In this document: piece after piece, positions 19,054 to 29,663 of the stretch
Numbering within the stretch: the stretch's first letter is position 1
Layout of the letters: each line of letters begins with the position of its first letter
Assembly (NCBI GenBank): GCA_023441145.1
Contig: JAEZQN010000376.1
Location: 1-38,116, forward strand
From: Bacillota bacterium
GTDB taxonomy: Bacteria; Bacillota; Clostridia; Lachnospirales; Lachnospiraceae
DNA length: 38,116 nucleotides
Reading direction: 5' to 3'
Position numbers and translations under genes: made by a program
The notes under the pieces: model-generated
What the model saw: the letters and a program-made list of their open reading frames with translations, nothing else
Told to the model about the DNA's origin: nothing
Databases searched by the model: none

Positions 19054-20562
19054 ATGCAAGCAACTATTTGGGCTATACTCCCACCAGTCATTGCTATTGT
19101 ACTGGCTTTACTGACCAAAGAAGTATACCTTTCCTTGATGGTTGGTATTTTAGCTGGTGCCTTTCTCTTGACTGGATTTACAAATCCAATTTCTGCATTA
19201 AATGTAACTTTAGACGCAATGAACGCTAAAATAGGAGGCAATATCGACATTCTAGTTTTCCTTGTATTATTAGGAATTATCGTTGCCTTAATCAGCAAAT
19301 CTGGGGCTTCAAGGGCGTACGGCAACTGGGCATCAGGGGTTATCAAATCCAAACGTGGGGCACTATTATCCACCTCTGCTTTGGGTGCTTTAATTTTTGT
19401 AGATGACTATTTTAACTGTTTGACTGTCGGTACAGTTATGCGTCCATTAACAGATAAATACAAAATAACTAGAGCAAAATTGGCATATATTATTGATGCT
19501 ACGGCTGCACCCGTTTGTATCATTGCCCCTATTTCTAGCTGGGCGGCTGCTGTTAGTTCTTCCTTGCCAAAGGACATAAATATAAATGGGTTCCAGTTGT
19601 TTTTAGACTCTATCCCATTTAACCTATATGCCCTATTTACAATCGCTTTTATGCTATTTTTAGTGATCACAAACATGGACTTCTTCTCCATGAAAAGAGT
19701 AGAAAAGGAAGGAATCAACAAGGACCTACTTATGGACCATGATGAAATAAAGATAGTGGGAAAAGGTACAGTGATTGACCTTGTCATTCCAATTCTTGTT
19801 CTAATTGCTTCCTGTATATTCTTTATGCTACACTCTGGTGGCTTTTTTAAAGGTGCTAACTTAATCCACGCTTTTGCAAACTGCTCTTCTGCAAGAAGCT
19901 TGGTACTTGGCTCTTTATTTACTATATTCTTTATATTCGTTATGTACTTATTACGAAGAACAATAAACTTTAAACAATTTTGCGAGAGTTTTACAGAAGG
20001 TTTTAAGGCGATGGCTCCAGCTATCTTAATTCTCTGTTTAGCTTGGACTCTATCCGCTATTTGTGATGCAGAACACTTAGATTTAAAAGGCTTTGTACAA
20101 AATAATATTATGTATATTGACCGTGTTAAAATCCTTGTTCCAGCAGTATTTTTCTTAGTATCCTTAGGACTTTCTTTTTCCACAGGAACCTCCTGGGGTA
20201 CCTTCGCAATTTTAATTCCAATTGCAGTAACTGTATACGATCCAGTGATAGAATATAATATGCTAGTAGTAGGTGTAGCTGCTATTCTAGCAGGAGCGGT
20301 ATGTGGTGATCATATATCGCCAATCTCTGATACCACTATTCTAGCATCTGCAGGGGCTAAGTGTAATCATATCGAGCACGTTTCTACACAGCTTCCATAT
20401 GCTCTTAGTGTGGCTAGCTGCTGTCTCATTGGCTTTGTATTTGCCGGTGTATTTAACAGCGGATTTATTGGTTTTATCAGTGGTTTCATTACATTAATGG
20501 TTCTAATGCTTGTCTTGTATATTGTATTTCATAACAAAGAGAAACTTAAATTCAATAAATAA
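19054..20562 (+). CDS. NhaC-family transporter (Na+/H+ antiporter or amino-acid transporter)
   Basis: IFVDDYFN, DATAAP, PISSW, STGTSWGTF, GDHISPISDTTILAS, HVSTQLPYA; many TM segments. Confidence 0.9.
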   Translation: MQATIWAILPPVIAIVLALLTKEVYLSLMVGILAGAFLLTGFTNPISALNVTLDAMNAKIGGNIDILVFLVLLGIIVALISKSGASRAYGNWASGVIKSKRGALLSTSALGALIFVDDYFNCLTVGTVMRPLTDKYKITRAKLAYIIDATAAPVCIIAPISSWAAAVSSSLPKDININGFQLFLDSIPFNLYALFTIAFMLFLVITNMDFFSMKRVEKEGINKDLLMDHDEIKIVGKGTVIDLVIPILVLIASCIFFMLHSGGFFKGANLIHAFANCSSARSLVLGSLFTIFFIFVMYLLRRTINFKQFCESFTEGFKAMAPAILILCLAWTLSAICDAEHLDLKGFVQNNIMYIDRVKILVPAVFFLVSLGLSFSTGTSWGTFAILIPIAVTVYDPVIEYNMLVVGVAAILAGAVCGDHISPISDTTILASAGAKCNHIEHVSTQLPYALSVASCCLIGFVFAGVFNSGFIGFISGFITLMVLMLVLYIVFHNKEKLKFNK

Positions 20563-20622
20563 CTCAGTCTTTACAAGAACAAAGAGTCTCGAAAGCAAAG
20601 CAATTTCCTATGTAATAATAAA

Positions 20623-20666
20623 AGAACCCATGTAAATAGCTATAGCATACTATTTACATGGGTTCT
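20623..20666. terminator. Terminator between convergent NhaC-family gene and metF
   Basis: 17-bp arms AGAACCCATGTAAATAG / CTATTTACATGGGTTCT. Confidence 0.85.
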
Positions 20667-20670
20667 CTCT

Positions 20671-21534
20671 TTATATAATTTCACTTAAATTATCCTGAAT
20701 CGCTTTAGCGACCTCTGGCTTATTCATAGAATAAACATGGATTGCATTCACTCCATTGGCAAGTAAGTCTATAATCTGCTCTGTAGCATAGGCGATACCG
20801 GCCTGCTTCATAGCGGAAGGATTGTCTCCGAATTTCTGCACAATAGCCTTAAATCGACTTGGTAGATAGGTTCCAGAAAGCTCACATATTCTTTTAATCT
20901 GATTACCATTTGTCACAGGCATAATGCCCGCAATTACGGGTATTCTGATTCCTCTTTCGCGAATCTTGAATAAATACTTATATAAAATATTATTATCAAA
21001 GAACATTTGTGTCGTTAAAAAGTCACATCCAGCTTCTACCTTTTTCTTAAGATAACTGATATCTTCCTCTAATGTCTTAGCTTCCACATGGCCCTCTGGA
21101 TAGCAAGCAGCACCTATACAAAAATCAGATTTCGCCCTTATGGCTGACACTAATTCATTAGCATACTGGTAACCGTCTGTTATATGATTATATATATCCT
21201 TTGGTTTATCCCCGCGTAGAGCCAGTATGTTTTCAATCCCTTGTGCCTTTAGTAAATCTAGCTGACCCTCAATTGCTTCCTTACTAGAGGAAACACAGGT
21301 TAAATGTGCCAGAGGTGTAACTCCAAATAGGTTCTTAAGATTAGTAGCAATAGATACCGTATGGGCGCTAGTACCGCCACCTGCACCATAAGTGACACTC
21401 ATAAAGGATGGCTTAAGCTTAGCAATTTCCTCTGTTGCTACTCTAACCTTCTCGTAGTCACTATTTGTCTTAGGTGGAAAAACCTCAAAGGATAAGGTTG
21501 GCTTGCCTTGCCCAACAATGTCACAAATCTTCAT
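20671..21534 (-). CDS. metF: 5,10-methylenetetrahydrofolate reductase
   Basis: SFEVFPPK, SVTYGAGG, AHLTC, LALRGD, YPEGH, TQMFFD, HVYSMN. Confidence 0.96.
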   Translation of the reverse strand: MKICDIVGQGKPTLSFEVFPPKTNSDYEKVRVATEEIAKLKPSFMSVTYGAGGGTSAHTVSIATNLKNLFGVTPLAHLTCVSSSKEAIEGQLDLLKAQGIENILALRGDKPKDIYNHITDGYQYANELVSAIRAKSDFCIGAACYPEGHVEAKTLEEDISYLKKKVEAGCDFLTTQMFFDNNILYKYLFKIRERGIRIPVIAGIMPVTNGNQIKRICELSGTYLPSRFKAIVQKFGDNPSAMKQAGIAYATEQIIDLLANGVNAIHVYSMNKPEVAKAIQDNLSEII

Positions 21535-21536
21535 GA

Positions 21537-24500
21537 TCAAACCTCACTTTTACTCTCATCGGTTTCTATTATCATATCGTCAAAATCCTTTAAAGGCATT
21601 GGTTTAGCATAATAGTAACCCTGCCCAATAACACAATTACATCTATTCAGAAAATCTACATGCTCTCTCGTCTCGATTCCTTCAGCCATCACTTCTAGTT
21701 TAAGGTTGTGAATCATCTTGATAGAATCCTCGATAATAATTCTACCTCTAGAGTTTTCGCTAATATCCTCAAAGAATGCCTTATCTAGCTTGATGACATC
21801 AATAGGAACAGACTTTAACATATTAAGTGAAGAAAATCCACTTCCAAAGTCATCCATATGTAAGACAAAACCGTTTTTCTTTAAATCATACATTAAACCA
21901 TAGAGCATACGTACATTTTCCATAAAGAGACTCTCTGTAAACTCCAGTTCTAACAAATTAACTGGAATTTGATATTTATTTACTAGATTCAATAATTTTT
22001 GTACTAGGGATGGGTCGTAAATATGCAATCTTGATATATTCACTGAGATTGGACACTCAACACCCATATCCAACAATTTTCTCAGTTCTTTACATGCCTG
22101 CTCCCACATATACTCATCTAGTTGTAATATGAAACCATTTTTCTCAAATAACTTAATAAAACGGTTCGGATACAATATCCCTTGCTTAGGATGATGCCAT
22201 CTAACTAACGCCTCTGCCCCTACCACCTGATTGGTACGTAGATTATATTTCGGTTGAAGGTACATCTTAAATTCCTCATTTAACAAGGCATTATACATTT
22301 CTGCTTCAATTCTCTGTGTCTCCACCAATTCCTTACGGTACTCTTCATTGTAGAAGGCATAATATTGATTGGTGAGCCCTTTGATAGGACGACAAGCTAG
22401 TCTAGCCCAGTCACACATTAATCGAATCGGAATACTTAAATCTGTTACAAGGTAAACTCCAAAAGAGATTTTAAAGCTAGCATTGGTATATGAAGCCTTA
22501 CAGCATTCTTCACGTATGCAATTAATGACATCAACAATATCCTGTCTAGTATCATAACAAATAAGAATCGTAAAACAATCGGCATAATACCGGCAGTACA
22601 CCTTGTCTTCCAAAGTTAAACCACGCAATACATCCGCAATATAACAGATGATCTGATCTCCAACCTCTTCACTATACACATCATTGATTACACGGAAGTT
22701 GTCAATATCAAAAGAGATAATGGCATAGTTTTTACTGGTATCTGACCATATTTTCTCCCTTGCAACATCATAAAATTTATTAGCTTGATATAATCCTGTG
22801 AGAGAATCAAAGCTCTTCTCATCTTCAAGCTTTTGAATCATATGAGTCTTAGTCTTATCCTCGTATTTACGCATTTCATCACTTCGACTCTTTTGCACGT
22901 CTTTAAACATAATAACACAGATCACATCACCCTGAGGATTTACTTCGTTCAAAACAGCCTCAATAAAGTACCAGTGAAATTCCTGATTATGGTTAAATAC
23001 TCGAATGTATCGATGTACTAATCGTTCTTCATTAGTGAATGTTTCTATCAAGTTTACACGACCAAAATATTGAACATAATCCATTTGTTCCTCTGTGTCA
23101 AATATCTCCTTATGAATATGCTCAAACATCTCTGTATACGTTCTAAAATTATGCTCACTTCCTATGTAATCTTCTTCGTTAAAACGCCTTACTTTATCTT
23201 TTGTCAAATTTACTACATAGATGTAATCATAACTTTCTAGTATTGTTTTACTAAAGCTATCACATACAATACTATTAAAATCTTCCTTGCTAGTAAGCTC
23301 CATTAAATCTGTTACATCAATTTCACTACTAGTTCTATCCGCTAGTTTTTTCATGTTATCACTTAAGTCATTATAGCAGACAAAAGTATCTTTTCCTCTT
23401 AACTTAGCCTGATACAAGGCAATATCTGCGGTTTTATATAAATCTTGGAACGTTTTAATATTTTCAAAAGCACTTACACCAACACTTACCGTAACATGAT
23501 CTATACTTTCTCTAACCTGCTTGCATATAGCTTCTGCTTTCTCATAGATAGAGTATACCGTTGGTACATCTTTAATAAAGACAATAAATTCATCTCCACC
23601 AAGACGACCTATTAAATCCTTTTCATCGGATAGGTCACGTAGAATATCACCTATTTTCATTAAGACATTGTCACCCTCTAAATGTCCATAAAAATCATTA
23701 ATATTTTTAAAATTATCGATATCGATAATAAATAAAGCTAACAACTTATCTTTCTCATATTTTGCAAGATATTTTTCTATTACATCTTGTGAATACTCGC
23801 GATTACTAACTCGAGTAAGATAGTCTGTATTAGCTTTAATCATTAACTTATGTTCAATCTCTTTATGTACAGTGACATCGCTTATTTTACCAACCAAGAC
23901 CATGGCCTCATTATCCTCAGAGAAGATACACTGAGCCACTAAATAAATCCAGTTTGTCTTCTTGTTGCCTATCTCATAGCAGAGATATCCATCAATGCTT
24001 TCTAACTTATCCTCTGTAAACTGGGTAAATATTCTCTTTATTTCATCTCGGCTTTCCTCTGTAAGGCGGCCACCAGGCAATGAATTGGACATCGCTTTCT
24101 TGTAAAAGTTGGATATATAACAAGGACGTTTGACGGTACTTTGCTCTCCACCAAAGTAGCGCATTACATCGGTCTCTCTGTCATACTCAAACATTACCTC
24201 ACTAGCAAAGGAAAGGATCATCTTATAACGTTCCTCAAAATTCTTTAATTCCTGTTCTTTCCTCATGTTTTCTGTCATAGCTGAAAGAATACAATAGACT
24301 ACTTCACTACTATTAGGTGTTTTACTTATTGGCATAATCTGAACCTTATAAAGCAAAGAAAGTCCATCCTTGGTTTTAACAGAAAGATTTCCAGTAATAA
24401 TCCTATCTTCACTTACACTCTTATTGACGATAGCACAAAATGATACTCTATCTTTTTCCTCAATCACTTCTAGAAAATTACCATTGTATATATGATTTAT

Positions 24501-25043
24501 TTCCCAAGAATTATAACCTGTATCCCTTAAAAGATTTCCATTACACCATGTGATGGGAAATCCTTCCTTTAGCTCTAATTTTAAGATTGCTGCTGGGAGA
24601 CTGTCCGTAAAATGTTGAATCTCTAAACTGTTTTGTTGTTCCTTCTCAATGCTATTCTTAAGCTCTGTCACATCATAAATGTATAAACGAAATATAGGAA
24701 ATTGAGACTGGTACAACTTTTCAGTGTAAACAGCACGAACCAAAACTAATCGTTTGTCATTCTTGGTGGTATACTCAAAGGAGAAGTTTTTTTCTCCTCT
24801 TTGTATCCCTTGGTTTAATATCTTAACTTCTTCGTAAATGGATTCATCCTCTATGAAGTAGTTTATATCCTTGCTAAAATTATTGTCTATAATATTAAGA
24901 ATTTCAACTTTTCCTTGACAGTAAGCTACTTCAATAAGTGCTCCCGCAAGTGCACTTTGATAGGAATTTGATATTTCTTTAAAAACACCTGAGGCATCAT
25001 TACAGTTCAATACACCTAACCTCCTACTATATAAATGCGACAT
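21537..25043 (-). CDS. Large cytoplasmic sensor (PAS-like)-GGDEF-GGDEF(degenerate)-EAL protein
   Basis: First cyclase domain DIDNFK..IND.YGH.EGD, RLGGDEF; second domain DSLTGL, DIDNFR, RYYADCF; EAL domain AEALVRW, EFTES, DDFGSGFSSL, KLDKAF, AEGIE, QGYY. Confidence 0.92.
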   Translation of the reverse strand: MSHLYSRRLGVLNCNDASGVFKEISNSYQSALAGALIEVAYCQGKVEILNIIDNNFSKDINYFIEDESIYEEVKILNQGIQRGEKNFSFEYTTKNDKRLVLVRAVYTEKLYQSQFPIFRLYIYDVTELKNSIEKEQQNSLEIQHFTDSLPAAILKLELKEGFPITWCNGNLLRDTGYNSWEINHIYNGNFLEVIEEKDRVSFCAIVNKSVSEDRIITGNLSVKTKDGLSLLYKVQIMPISKTPNSSEVVYCILSAMTENMRKEQELKNFEERYKMILSFASEVMFEYDRETDVMRYFGGEQSTVKRPCYISNFYKKAMSNSLPGGRLTEESRDEIKRIFTQFTEDKLESIDGYLCYEIGNKKTNWIYLVAQCIFSEDNEAMVLVGKISDVTVHKEIEHKLMIKANTDYLTRVSNREYSQDVIEKYLAKYEKDKLLALFIIDIDNFKNINDFYGHLEGDNVLMKIGDILRDLSDEKDLIGRLGGDEFIVFIKDVPTVYSIYEKAEAICKQVRESIDHVTVSVGVSAFENIKTFQDLYKTADIALYQAKLRGKDTFVCYNDLSDNMKKLADRTSSEIDVTDLMELTSKEDFNSIVCDSFSKTILESYDYIYVVNLTKDKVRRFNEEDYIGSEHNFRTYTEMFEHIHKEIFDTEEQMDYVQYFGRVNLIETFTNEERLVHRYIRVFNHNQEFHWYFIEAVLNEVNPQGDVICVIMFKDVQKSRSDEMRKYEDKTKTHMIQKLEDEKSFDSLTGLYQANKFYDVAREKIWSDTSKNYAIISFDIDNFRVINDVYSEEVGDQIICYIADVLRGLTLEDKVYCRYYADCFTILICYDTRQDIVDVINCIREECCKASYTNASFKISFGVYLVTDLSIPIRLMCDWARLACRPIKGLTNQYYAFYNEEYRKELVETQRIEAEMYNALLNEEFKMYLQPKYNLRTNQVVGAEALVRWHHPKQGILYPNRFIKLFEKNGFILQLDEYMWEQACKELRKLLDMGVECPISVNISRLHIYDPSLVQKLLNLVNKYQIPVNLLELEFTESLFMENVRMLYGLMYDLKKNGFVLHMDDFGSGFSSLNMLKSVPIDVIKLDKAFFEDISENSRGRIIIEDSIKMIHNLKLEVMAEGIETREHVDFLNRCNCVIGQGYYYAKPMPLKDFDDMIIETDESKSEV

Positions 25044-25126
25044 ATTTCACCATATATTATATAATATATCTAATAAGAACTCAACATTATTTGTAATATG
25101 GTATTAATATTTTACATTATTTACAA

Positions 25127-26635
25127 TTAAGATATTTTCTCAAATAAAGCATAGTAGTAGTCATCAATTCCTTCATGAACTACACTAACCTTGCGATAAT
25201 TGGTGAATAATTCTGGGCACTCAGCAAAATCCTCCAAAGGACGCTTACGGCCATATCGTACAATAACGAAATCAACTTCCCCATTCCTAATAATCTCTTC
25301 CTGCTCATCATACATCTCTGGAAAGTTCTCTCTAGGAATATTCTGTCTACAGAAAAACTTAGTATCAGGCAAAGGCGTATCTGCCATTAAGTAAAATCCA
25401 CCATCTAAAAAATTATAATTTAGTAAGGTTGGATTCTCAACTTGATTGATTATCTTGGCAAATTGTACCTGCACGTAATCATCTGATGATTTATAAAGAA
25501 AAGAAAGACAATTACTAGCAGAAAGAAGAATCACTCCGTACAAGGCAATGTATATCGGAAAGGTAATCCTTCTCTTCGTAAAAATCAAAGGAAGAAATCT
25601 TTCCACAATCTTTATAGTAGCAATTACTCCAAAAACAACATAAGCACCTAAAATCAATAAATAATAACGATACCTGGTTCCTCCTATAAATACAAAAAAG
25701 TAGGTCAACACACAGGTAACGAGAATACCAATTTTAGCATCTCTACTCATTCCAAGAGTTTTTGAACGTAGAAAATATAGTATTCCCCATAAAATCAATG
25801 GGGTAAATACAGGATTCCACATAATGTCCTTAGTAAAGAAATAAATTACCTTTTCTATCGCAGTAACCTGGCTAGAATACATAAAGATATTGGTATAAAA
25901 ATAATCATAGAGGAATTCTCCGACTGCTCCATGATACATGAAGTATAGAAAATAAGGAATCGAGCCTGCTACCATACCTGTTAAAAATAAAATAGCCGCT
26001 TTACAGCACTCTCCAAAACTCTTTCTCTTCCATATAGCAACCCCAATTACTAGAGTCCACCCTATATAAAACCCTAATAAGGTAAACTTAATCCAAAGGA
26101 TACAGGAAGCCAAAAGACCATGTAACAACATAGTCCTATTCGATACTCTTTCTTCACTACTATTGAGAAACTTTAGCATATGGTATAAGGCGATTAGAAG
26201 AATTGGCATGCAGAATTCTTCCGCGTTATCCCCACGACTATAACAAAATGCCGTAACAATAACTAGACCAGTAACTGAAGTTACCAGTCTGTTATATTTT
26301 CTATCTAAAAATAAGTCGCTAATTTTTCCTACATACCCAAGTATCACAGCAAAATTAATAATCTGAAGCAGATATACACCATAAAAAGTTTTATCACTAA
26401 TCATAGCTGCAACTGTATGTATAAAAAACAGCAACGGCCCTTTTTGATCATATATATCACGGTATAACACTTTACCATCTAATACACTCTTTCCAATTGT
26501 AAAAAAGCAGTTTTGATCAACTCCTACATGAATTGGAAATAATATTGAAGTCATAGAAGCAAAGGTCATCAGAATGGTAGATATACCCAATAAAAATATG
26601 AAATCCTTTTTTCTATCTCTTAAATGCGTCAACAT
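25127..26635 (-). CDS. Polytopic membrane glycosyltransferase (GT-C / PMT-ArnT-like), inferred
   Basis: N-terminal TM then D..F.TIG, LYRDIYDQKGPLLF, AEEF, RYYL; about 10 or more TM segments and a soluble C-terminal domain. Confidence 0.7.
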   Translation of the reverse strand: MLTHLRDRKKDFIFLLGISTILMTFASMTSILFPIHVGVDQNCFFTIGKSVLDGKVLYRDIYDQKGPLLFFIHTVAAMISDKTFYGVYLLQIINFAVILGYVGKISDLFLDRKYNRLVTSVTGLVIVTAFCYSRGDNAEEFCMPILLIALYHMLKFLNSSEERVSNRTMLLHGLLASCILWIKFTLLGFYIGWTLVIGVAIWKRKSFGECCKAAILFLTGMVAGSIPYFLYFMYHGAVGEFLYDYFYTNIFMYSSQVTAIEKVIYFFTKDIMWNPVFTPLILWGILYFLRSKTLGMSRDAKIGILVTCVLTYFFVFIGGTRYRYYLLILGAYVVFGVIATIKIVERFLPLIFTKRRITFPIYIALYGVILLSASNCLSFLYKSSDDYVQVQFAKIINQVENPTLLNYNFLDGGFYLMADTPLPDTKFFCRQNIPRENFPEMYDEQEEIIRNGEVDFVIVRYGRKRPLEDFAECPELFTNYRKVSVVHEGIDDYYYALFEKIS

Positions 26636-26797
26636 ATTATCATTACCTTTCAAGTACAAAAATCCAGACAGCTCTTTTTTATAAATTTACACAAAAAAAG
26701 AAATTCGATACTTATTTTACAAGTCTATAGATGAAAAGTCAACATAACCTTTCTTGGAAGAAAGTATTGTGAAACAAAAAGAGTTTTGATAACAAAA

Positions 26798-26853
26798 TGA
26801 ACCGACCTCCCAATCGTTAGATTATAGCTCTAACTTTTTTGGGGATCGGTTCA
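26798..26853 (-). terminator. Terminator of the ABC transporter operon
   Basis: Long imperfect hairpin TGAACCGA...TCGGTTCA with inner GTTAGA/TCTAAC; U-tail on the minus strand. Confidence 0.7.
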
Positions 26854-26890
26854 AACTAACAAGACATCTTTTATGATTTCTTCTTCAAAA

Positions 26891-27664
26891 TTAATTACCA
26901 CATTCTATACTGATTTGATTAAATTTATCTAGTATATCATCAATTTTAAGTTGGATCTTTTCTTCGCCAGCTTTGTCTATTACTACTTGACCCTGATGCA
27001 TCATAATAAGGCGATTTCCATACTCGACAGCATATCGTAGATTATGAGTTACCATAATAGTGGTCAAATTCTTTTCCCTCACTATCTGGTCAGTAAGCTG
27101 CATTATAAGTTCTGCTGTCTTAGGGTCTAGGGCAGCTGTGTGCTCATCTAGTATTAGAAACTCTATTGGCGACATGGTAGACATCAATAATGACAATGCC
27201 TGTCGCTGTCCTCCAGATAATGAGCCAACCTTAATATGAATCTTATCTTCAAGTCCAAGCTTAAGCTTGCTAAGCTCGTTTTTATAATACTCAGTACGTT
27301 TCTTATTTGTCCCCATGGTGAGATTAAAGGACTTTCCCTTATTATCTGCCATAGACATATTCTCTAGAATTGTCATAGAAGGACAGGTACCCATAGCGGG
27401 GTTTTGAAATACCCTTCCAATTCTTCTCTGTCTTTTATATTCCTGTAACCTAGTAATATCTTCTCCATTCATCACAATCTTACCAGAATCCAGCGGAATA
27501 CTACCACAAATTAGATTAAGCAGAGAAGTCTTACCAGACCCATTACTACCCACCACAGAAACAAATTCATTGTTCTGAATGTTCAGTCCAAAATTCTGAA
27601 AGAGGCACATTTCATTTACTGTACCTGGATTATAGTACTTACACAGATTCTTTAATTCCAGCAT
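26891..27664 (-). CDS. ABC transporter ATP-binding subunit
   Basis: Walker A GSNGSGKT, Q-loop VFQNP, LSGGQRQ, LILDEH, VTHN. Confidence 0.95.
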   Translation of the reverse strand: MLELKNLCKYYNPGTVNEMCLFQNFGLNIQNNEFVSVVGSNGSGKTSLLNLICGSIPLDSGKIVMNGEDITRLQEYKRQRRIGRVFQNPAMGTCPSMTILENMSMADNKGKSFNLTMGTNKKRTEYYKNELSKLKLGLEDKIHIKVGSLSGGQRQALSLLMSTMSPIEFLILDEHTAALDPKTAELIMQLTDQIVREKNLTTIMVTHNLRYAVEYGNRLIMMHQGQVVIDKAGEEKIQLKIDDILDKFNQISIECGN

Positions 27665-28559
27665 CCTTGCTTACCCTCCTCTTTCGTTCCTGGCTTAGTA
27701 CCAAGATAACCAAGAATAGTATAGCTGTAATAAGCTTTAAGTCGTTGGCACTAAGTTTCATACAAATAGCAAATACATAGCAGGCTTTATATAGTACTGC
27801 ACCTACAATAACTGCAGTAGTAGCTTTGACCCATCTTGCTCGCTTAAATAAATTAATACCAATAATTACACTTGCTAAACCAATTACAACTGTGCCTGTT
27901 CCACTGCTTACTTCAAAGAATTGCTGCTCCTGACATACAATAGAACCAGCCAAAGCAACTAACCCATTTGCCAAGGATAATCCTACAATCTTAACCATAC
28001 CCTTATCTTTGGCCAAAGAGGTCACTAATACAGGATTATCTCCCACAGCTCTAAGTAGATAGCCTGCCTTGGTCTTTAAATAAGCATCCATTAAAAGCTT
28101 AATCACTATCATAATAATCAATAAGATAATAAGTGTAGTGTATGGTTTTAACCAATTCGGAACAACACTATCTATAAAATCTCCAGAAAAAATATTGCTT
28201 TTCCCGTAGATAGGCAAGTTAGCCTTGCCAGCAATATGTAAGTTAATGGAGTATAAGGCTGTCATCATAATGATACCAGACAACAAATCTCTCACTTTAA
28301 GCTTTACATGTATAATTCCAGTAATAAAACCAGCTATAGCACCTACCAAGAAAGCAATGGGAAGAGTCACCCATGCATTAACTCCTTTGGTAATCAAAAT
28401 AGCTGTAACAGCTCCCCCTAAGGGAAACGTTCCATCTACAGACAAATCTGGAAAGTCTAATATCTTATAAGTGATGTAAACACCCAACGCCATAATAGCA
28501 TAGATAAACCCTTGTTCCAGTATTGTCACAAAATTGTCTGGTGTAAAAAAGGCTGCCAT
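27639..28559 (-). CDS. ABC transporter permease (putative aromatic amino acid TrpXYZ-like system)
   Basis: ILDFPDLSVDGTFPLG, LLSGIIMM.ALYSINL, LRAVGDN, GLASVIIG; GGAGG RBS. Confidence 0.9.
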   Translation of the reverse strand: MAAFFTPDNFVTILEQGFIYAIMALGVYITYKILDFPDLSVDGTFPLGGAVTAILITKGVNAWVTLPIAFLVGAIAGFITGIIHVKLKVRDLLSGIIMMTALYSINLHIAGKANLPIYGKSNIFSGDFIDSVVPNWLKPYTTLIILLIIMIVIKLLMDAYLKTKAGYLLRAVGDNPVLVTSLAKDKGMVKIVGLSLANGLVALAGSIVCQEQQFFEVSSGTGTVVIGLASVIIGINLFKRARWVKATTAVIVGAVLYKACYVFAICMKLSANDLKLITAILFLVILVLSQERKRRVSKDAGIKESV

Positions 28560-28589
28560 AGAAATCCTCCTATATCAGAATATGATATC

Positions 28590-29633
28590 TTATTCTGTAA
28601 TCTCTGCAATAACCTCAGCAGCACTGTCAAGAATATCTGAACCTAATGTTAAGCCTAAGTTCTCTGCTGCTTTTGAATTGATATAAAGCTCACCATCCTG
28701 AATCACTTCAAATTTCATCTCGGAAGCCTTGCTCTCTCCCTTTAATACCTTAGCTGCCATCTTACCAGTCTGAATTCCCAACTGATAGTAATCTAAACCT
28801 ACTGTAGCTAAGCATCCTTTTTTCACCTGTTCAATCTCAGAACCAAACACTGGAATCTTCTTCTCATTAGCCTTAGCAAGTATAGTAGGAAGTGCACTTA
28901 CAACTGTATTATCTGTAAGATTGTTGATACAATCCACCTGAGATAATAGGTTATCTGTTGCTAAAGGAATATCTGCAACAGTAGTGATTCCTGAATCCAC
29001 AATCTCAAATCCGTACTTCCCTGCTAATTCCTTATATTCAGCGATAGCAGATTCTGAGTTTACCTCAGAAGTAGAATACATAATACCTATTTTCTTTGCA
29101 TTAGGAAGAATCTTACGGATCATTTGTAACTGTTTATCTACTGATAATTTATCACTAGTTCCAGTAATCTCCCCAGTAGGTGTCTTATCCTCTTTAGCAA
29201 GACCAGCTGCTATAGGATCCGTGATTGCCGTATAAATTACAGGGATTGTCGTATCTGCTGCTGCCGTAAAAGCACTTTGAGCCATTGGTGTAGCGATAGC
29301 ACAGATTAAATTCACCTTCTGTGAAACAAAATTATTTGCAATTAAGCCTGCATTACCAGTGTCTGCAGCTGCATTATCGAAAACATATGTAACATTTTGA
29401 CCTTCTATATATCCTTCTTCTTTCATCCCATCCATAAATCCCTTACGACAATTATCCAAGGATGCATGTTCTGCAAATTGTCCGATACCAACGGTTACTG
29501 ACTCTAATTTATTGGTACTATCATCACTTTTATCAACATTATCTGTGTTCGTATTAGTAGAACCACATGCAGTAGCACTTACAATCATCATTGTGAAAGC
29601 ACAACAGATTGCAATCCATTTTTTAATTTTCAT
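28590..29633 (-). CDS. ABC transporter substrate-binding lipoprotein (TrpX-like; substrate inferred)
   Basis: Signal peptide with lipobox-like ATAC-G, QFAEHASLD, AIATPMAQ, AITDP..AGL, ITGTSD, TDNTVVS. Confidence 0.9.
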   Translation of the reverse strand: MKIKKWIAICCAFTMMIVSATACGSTNTNTDNVDKSDDSTNKLESVTVGIGQFAEHASLDNCRKGFMDGMKEEGYIEGQNVTYVFDNAAADTGNAGLIANNFVSQKVNLICAIATPMAQSAFTAAADTTIPVIYTAITDPIAAGLAKEDKTPTGEITGTSDKLSVDKQLQMIRKILPNAKKIGIMYSTSEVNSESAIAEYKELAGKYGFEIVDSGITTVADIPLATDNLLSQVDCINNLTDNTVVSALPTILAKANEKKIPVFGSEIEQVKKGCLATVGLDYYQLGIQTGKMAAKVLKGESKASEMKFEVIQDGELYINSKAAENLGLTLGSDILDSAAEVIAEITE

Positions 29634-29663
29634 ATTCCATCCCTCTTTCCTTTTATATAACAA

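Noticed and set aside
19407..20183. 258-aa ORF antisense to the NhaC-family gene
   Set aside because: Shadow ORF of a hydrophobic gene; no recognisable motifs
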